DNA of 49,362 nt. It comes from Candidatus Aenigmatarchaeota archaeon. Lineage in GTDB: Archaea > Aenigmatarchaeota > Aenigmatarchaeia > QMZP01. Below the pieces are notes generated by a model. It saw nothing but the letters and a program-made list of their open reading frames with translations, searched no databases and was not told the DNA's origin. A program made the translations under genes and the position numbers. Shown here in pieces: positions 45,199 to 49,362 of the stretch. Position 1 is the stretch's first letter; every line of letters starts with the position of its first letter. The stretch covers positions 13,267 to 62,628 of the forward strand of contig JAWCLA010000001.1 in NCBI GenBank assembly GCA_039091855.1, given 5' to 3'.

Positions 45199-46239
45199 CT
45201 ACTTCTCAACCCTGACCCCTTCCACCCCCAGCTTCACTTCCATGGGATCAAATCCCTCTGACTTTATTGCTTTTTTGAGCCTATCCAAATCCTCGTGATA
45301 GGCAAGCATCATTCCCCCTCCGCAGGCACCGCAGAGCTTTGCAGCGCCGCCCATTGATTTGATTTTTTCTATCAGCTTGTCGGCAGTTGGGGTGGACAGC
45401 CCAAAATCCCTTAGAAGAGTCCAGTCCTCATTTATCAGGGACTTTATCCCTTCGGAATCCCTTTCCTTCAATGCCCCGAGCATCTCCCTGGTTATTTCGC
45501 CTATCCTCTTTATTCTCGGGTCCCTGAACTCTGGCTCGTGCATCCTGACCTGCTGGACAAGCTCCCCTGTCGTCTTTTCAGGCTTTCCTGTGTAAACAAG
45601 AACAAATTCTTTCATCTCGTAAGGAACTTCCTTCCTGAGCGATTTGATGATAAATTTTCCGGTTTTAATATCCTTCTGGAACCATATAAGACCTCCAAAG
45701 CAACAAGTGGAGTTGTCCCCACCCGAAGGCATTCCGTGGGCAAGCTGCTCGCACCCAAAGGCAATCTCATTTATTTTCTCAAGCGGGAGTTTTTTTCCGT
45801 ACGCCTCTGAAACTGCCTTTACTATAGCAACCGAAAGCGCTGAAGATGAGCCAAGCCCGGAACCCGTTGGTATCTCGCTGGTTATCCTCACTTTAACACC
45901 TTCCATTATTCCAAGTTTTGAAAGCGTTGTTCCTATCACAGCCTTCTTGAAGTCATCCCCCTTCACAAAGGAGAAAAGCCCTGAAAAGTCGGCCGGCTTT
46001 TTTCCCGCTCCGCTCTCCCAGATTTTCCTTGCCTCTTCTGAAAAATCCAAAACCCCCTTCAAATCCCACTTTGCCTTGAACTTCCTCTGAAAATCTTCAA
46101 CAATAACAGAACCCCTTTCCCTTTCTGCATCAACGTAAGTCCTTAGTCCGACAGCGGCCATTATGGCAGGTTCCCCATAAACAACAGCATGCTCGCCGAC
46201 AAGATGGACTTTACCAGGCGCTGAAACCTTTACGGGCAT
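45199..46239 (-). CDS. mvk: mevalonate kinase
   Basis: GHMP kinase motifs APGKVHLVGEHAVVYG and PTGSGLGSSSALSVA. 346 aa. Confidence 0.85.
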   Translation of the reverse strand: MPVKVSAPGKVHLVGEHAVVYGEPAIMAAVGLRTYVDAERERGSVIVEDFQRKFKAKWDLKGVLDFSEEARKIWESGAGKKPADFSGLFSFVKGDDFKKAVIGTTLSKLGIMEGVKVRITSEIPTGSGLGSSSALSVAIVKAVSEAYGKKLPLEKINEIAFGCEQLAHGMPSGGDNSTCCFGGLIWFQKDIKTGKFIIKSLRKEVPYEMKEFVLVYTGKPEKTTGELVQQVRMHEPEFRDPRIKRIGEITREMLGALKERDSEGIKSLINEDWTLLRDFGLSTPTADKLIEKIKSMGGAAKLCGACGGGMMLAYHEDLDRLKKAIKSEGFDPMEVKLGVEGVRVEK

Positions 46240-46261
46240 AATAATAATTTGCAGTTGTTAT

Positions 46262-46639
46262 TTATTTACCCACTTTGCTCTTGGAAGAGGATTTGCTGGA
46301 TCTTGTTTTTAGGTAATATGCCATAAGACCCGTGGCAAGAGTAACTGCCATAGCAATCGAACTTCCGTAAAGGAACCTCTGTATGTGCGCCCAGGGCCAG
46401 GCCTCCTGTGGATAGGGAAAGAAAAACACCCTGAAGACGAACGCCTTCAATCCATGGATTATGACGGAGAACAAAACACCAGCAAAAAGCAACTGCTTCC
46501 ATCCAAAATTGTGTTTCCAGGCAAGGGTGAAAACCGCTGCGAAAACAAAAATCTCCCACAGCCACTGCGTTATCCTTGCAACAATCTCGTTGTATCCTAT
46601 GTAAGCAAGCATTCCCTCGTACTGGAAAATAACAACCAA
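46262..46639 (-). CDS. small hydrophobic membrane protein, function unknown
   Basis: Three hydrophobic helices and a Ser/Lys-rich tail. Only a TTG start at 46639 or ATG at 46615 is available. The competing 131-aa frame looks non-coding. Confidence 0.45.
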   Translation of the reverse strand: MVVIFQYEGMLAYIGYNEIVARITQWLWEIFVFAAVFTLAWKHNFGWKQLLFAGVLFSVIIHGLKAFVFRVFFFPYPQEAWPWAHIQRFLYGSSIAMAVTLATGLMAYYLKTRSSKSSSKSKVGK

Positions 46640-46735
46640 AACAGAAGCTATAACATACCACTTTACAGGCCAGATATAGTCTTCAGCGACTTACCTAATA
46701 TTTTCATAAAATTATGTTGGGTTTTCGGATTAAAA

Positions 46736-46945
46736 TTAGTTTAAACCATATCCCCCAATCTCTTTTTTAAGCCTCTCAAGGTTTGTTGCGTCAACTTCCA
46801 TTATCCTTTTGTATGCAAGAATCGTTTCAGGAGGAGGGTTTCCTTCATATTCCTCAAAAAGCCTTCTCGTCTTGTATTCCATCTTAATCAGGCTTTTCTG
46901 TAGTCGCTGAATCTGGAAAAGTATGGATTCAGGAGATTTCCCCAT
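46736..46945 (-). CDS. small helical hypothetical protein (69 aa)
   Basis: ORF with a charged, helical-looking sequence. An AT-rich promoter-like region with TATA-like repeats lies upstream. Confidence 0.35.
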   Translation of the reverse strand: MGKSPESILFQIQRLQKSLIKMEYKTRRLFEEYEGNPPPETILAYKRIMEVDATNLERLKKEIGGYGLN

Positions 46946-47074
46946 ATTGTTATTTTTGATAAACGGAAATAAAAATTAATTTTTAATGGTACACGATGTT
47001 AACCTGAAAAAGCTGTTCTGTCCTTTCCAGAAATAAAACATTTATATAGCATAATATAGCATATAATATAAAAA

Positions 47075-47090
47075 TGTATCATATGATACA
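47075..47090. promoter_or_regulatory. 16-bp perfect palindrome TGTATCATATGATACA next to tandem ATATAGCATA x2 (47044-47063)
   Basis: Read directly in the spacer between the ftsZ 3' end and the start of the 69-aa gene. Confidence 0.3.
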
Positions 47091-47129
47091 AAATTATGGC
47101 ATATTGAACTTGTAATAGTGATAAAATTC

Positions 47130-48239
47130 CTATCCGACGAAATCAATCCCCAGGACCCTCTCTATCTCCTTCTGCTTTTCAACCTTGTATGTCCTGCCTG
47201 GACCGTAAATCTGGGAGGACTTCACTCCTGTTATAATCAACATTGCCCTTATGGTGTCCCCCAAGTCCTTGATTATCTGCGCGCCCCATATAATTTTTGC
47301 ATCCGGGTTGATTTTCGTTGAAACGCCCTCGACAATCTGCTGGCACTCCTTTATCGTGATGTCAGCACCTCCAGATACGTTGACGAGCGCACCCGTGGCA
47401 TCCTCTATCTCCACGTCGAGAAGCGGGTTGCTCAGAGCCTTTTCAACAGACTCAACTGCCCTGTTCTCAGAGTCAGACTCGCCCATTCCTATCATTGCGA
47501 GCCCTCCTGAGCCCATGACAGCCCTTATGTCAGCAAAGTCCAAATTAACAAGTCCGGGCTTTGTTATCAGTTCAGCAATGCCTTTGACTGAATTTACAAG
47601 AATCTCGTCAGCAACCTTGAACGCGGTTGTGATGGAAACGTCAGGCACAATTTCAAGAAGCTTGTCATTGGGTATGATTATCAGGGTGTCCGCGACCTGC
47701 TCAAGGTTCTCAAGCCCGTCCTGGGCATTTCGGAACCTCTGCTTTCCCTCCATCGAGAACGGAAGAGTGACCACGCTCACGGTTAAGGCACCGAGCTTTT
47801 TTGATATGTCAGCAATTATAGGAGCTGCTCCTGTTCCTGTCCCGCCGCCGAGGCCACAGGTGACAAAAACCATGTCGGCTCCCTCAAGAACCTTCTTTAT
47901 GTCCTCCTTGGATTCCTTTGCTGCCTCCTGACCGACCTTCGGGTCAGCCCCTGCCCCGAGTCCTCCTGTGAGCTCCTTACCTATAAGGACCTTCTTGTCA
48001 GCATCAGTGTAAAGCAAATCCTGCGCGTCAGTGTTCATTGCAACAGTTTCAGCACCAACAATGCCTATCTGCATCATTCTCGATATCGTGTTGCCGCCGG
48101 CGCCACCAACACCAACAACCTTTATAACAGCCTTCTTTGATTCAAGTATCTTTCTCAGTTCCTCATCTGTTTCTGTGTGTCCCTCAACGTCCTTTATTAT
48201 GATTTTTTCCATCTCCTCAGGAAGCATAGGCTTTCTCAT
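47130..48239 (-). CDS. ftsZ: cell division protein FtsZ
   Basis: Tubulin signature GGGTGTGAAP, VGVGGAGGN, NTDAQDL. GGAGGG lies 7 nt upstream of the ATG. Confidence 0.95.
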   Translation of the reverse strand: MRKPMLPEEMEKIIIKDVEGHTETDEELRKILESKKAVIKVVGVGGAGGNTISRMMQIGIVGAETVAMNTDAQDLLYTDADKKVLIGKELTGGLGAGADPKVGQEAAKESKEDIKKVLEGADMVFVTCGLGGGTGTGAAPIIADISKKLGALTVSVVTLPFSMEGKQRFRNAQDGLENLEQVADTLIIIPNDKLLEIVPDVSITTAFKVADEILVNSVKGIAELITKPGLVNLDFADIRAVMGSGGLAMIGMGESDSENRAVESVEKALSNPLLDVEIEDATGALVNVSGGADITIKECQQIVEGVSTKINPDAKIIWGAQIIKDLGDTIRAMLIITGVKSSQIYGPGRTYKVEKQKEIERVLGIDFVG

Positions 48240-48332
48240 AGCAAACCCTCCGATCTATATTCCACTAAAATGGTATTAATGAGTAGAAGAGTTAGTTTTT
48301 TAAGGCTTTGTTGTAACAGCAATTTTCAAAAA

Positions 48333-49013
48333 TCATTCTGTTTGTGCTTTTTTCTGCTCAGCGATTTCCTTTTTCTCAGTCTCCCCAAACAATATGTTTT
48401 TTATCTCAGGAATCCATTCCATTATCTTCTTTCCAAGACTGTCCTTAAGAAAATCCGGAATCGGTTTTTCTGTTTTTATTACTAACTTGTCCCCTTCCAA
48501 CCCTGTCTCGCACCTTATTCCATAATACGAAAGCAGTGATTTTGCCTTCTCGTGCGTGTCTGTTATCTGCCTGACTATCCTTACCTTGTACTTGAGAGCC
48601 TTCCCTGCCAGGGGGTGGTTGAAGTCAACCCTCACCCTTCCCCCTGAAACTGACAGAACCTTTGCCTGAAAGCCATCTATGTCCACATAAATACCGGGCA
48701 CGGGGTTTATTTTTTCCTTTTTGAAAATTGAGAGCGGGACCACCTTCACAAGATTCAGTGTTCTCTCACCAAACCCCTCCTCAGGCTTTACCTCAAATTC
48801 CCTTTCCTCACCAACTTCCATCCTTTCTATCTCCTTATCGACTCCCTCAACAGCCATTCCTGAGCCAACTATGACAAGAGATGGCTTGTATTTGTGCTTT
48901 GGGTCGTAAAGCCCCTCCTTTTTAGCATCCTCTTCAGAGGTCAGGTCAAAAACCTCTCCTGTTGATGCAATCCTTCCTACAAAATCTATCTCGACGAAAT
49001 CGCCTTTTTTCAT
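48333..49013 (-). CDS. FKBP-type peptidyl-prolyl cis-trans isomerase (long archaeal SlyD/FKBP26-like)
   Basis: MKKGDFVEIDFVGR ... IF-domain insert ... DFNHPLAGKALKYKVRI, plus a C-terminal extra domain. Confidence 0.9.
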   Translation of the reverse strand: MKKGDFVEIDFVGRIASTGEVFDLTSEEDAKKEGLYDPKHKYKPSLVIVGSGMAVEGVDKEIERMEVGEEREFEVKPEEGFGERTLNLVKVVPLSIFKKEKINPVPGIYVDIDGFQAKVLSVSGGRVRVDFNHPLAGKALKYKVRIVRQITDTHEKAKSLLSYYGIRCETGLEGDKLVIKTEKPIPDFLKDSLGKKIMEWIPEIKNILFGETEKKEIAEQKKAQTE

Positions 49014-49089
49014 AGTTTTCTCAACCTGTGAGAAAGATATTCTCGCAACAGTTTATAACCTTTAACATTGGCAAAAAGTGACTGTTAAC

Positions 49090-49362
49090 TTAAAAGCCCT
49101 TTTTCAAGCTTATACAGCCCCACAAAAACCTCGAGAAACGCCTGGAGGTTTCTATGCCGCTCTTCAAATCCTTGCAGTTGATGTTGTTGTAGAACCCTTT
49201 GGTCCTGTTCTTGACCAGCCTGAGCCTCTCTATGCTGTTCCTCAGGCCGAAGGTCATGTGTTCGTGCTCGAATCCTCTTAAGCTCCATTTGGCGTTACCC
49301 TGATAGCCAAATCCAGATTGACGGCTTAAGCCAATTTCATAAAGCCGTCCTTCCAAATCACG
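49090..49362 (-). mobile_element. C-terminal fragment of a DDE transposase (IS6-like?), N-terminus outside window
   Basis: The frame is open to the window edge. ...GLRNSIERLRLVKNRTKGFYNNIN... resembles the N-x-x-E-R-x-x-x-x-K-x-R-T block holding the final catalytic Glu of IS6/related transposases. Confidence 0.4.

Noticed and set aside
46266-46661. 131-aa alternative-frame ORF overlapping 46262-46639
   Set aside because: Cys/Gly/Phe-rich sequence without TM or domain features. The other frame encodes a coherent three-helix membrane protein.
47251-47931. 226-aa ORF antisense to ftsZ
   Set aside because: Ser/Pro-rich shadow ORF. The sense strand has the tubulin signature GGGTGTG. The same reasoning applies to antisense ORFs at 6175-6654, 28332-28817, 23835-24341, 41762-42247 and 45644-46090.
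49078-49288. 67-aa ORFs on both strands near the window end
   Set aside because: They overlap the longer transposase-like frame, which has a recognisable motif and runs off the window.

Overview
Compact, gene-dense archaeal chromosome segment with about 55 protein genes, one 5S rRNA and four tRNAs. Archaeal identity follows from aIF-2 gamma, aEF-1 beta, Kae1, class III (type IV pilin-like) signal peptides, the AcnX/UbiD-type archaeal mevalonate pathway and tRNA introns. FtsZ and the tightly packed, overlapping genes suggest a DPANN-like or other small-genome euryarchaeal-grade lineage; this is inference only. Housekeeping genes present are cysS, guaB, aIF2-gamma, aEF-1beta, ftsZ, kae1, alaX and an FKBP PPIase. 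There are two type IV pilus-like loci (1-9754 and 25873-37438). The second is divergently paired with a 1534-aa Cys-rich, Ig-repeat surface protein and a KaiC/ArlH-like ATPase. Also present are a PadR / MacB-type ABC / COG1361-like module and tandem Ddl-like ATP-grasp genes. An almost complete archaeal-type mevalonate operon is interrupted by an AT-rich islet carrying a HAD hydrolase, a methyltransferase and a decayed Nudix gene. The most unusual signals are in the RNA genes. Each of the four tRNA genes is interrupted by 2-3 introns (9 in total). All four carry one in the T-loop at about 59/60, and two of these T-loop introns are clearly homologous. The stand-alone 5S rRNA gene is about 228 nt because of a roughly 79-nt insertion in loop C plus an extended helix IV. 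All protein calls rest on motif recognition by eye; no database search, folding program or alignment tool was available.
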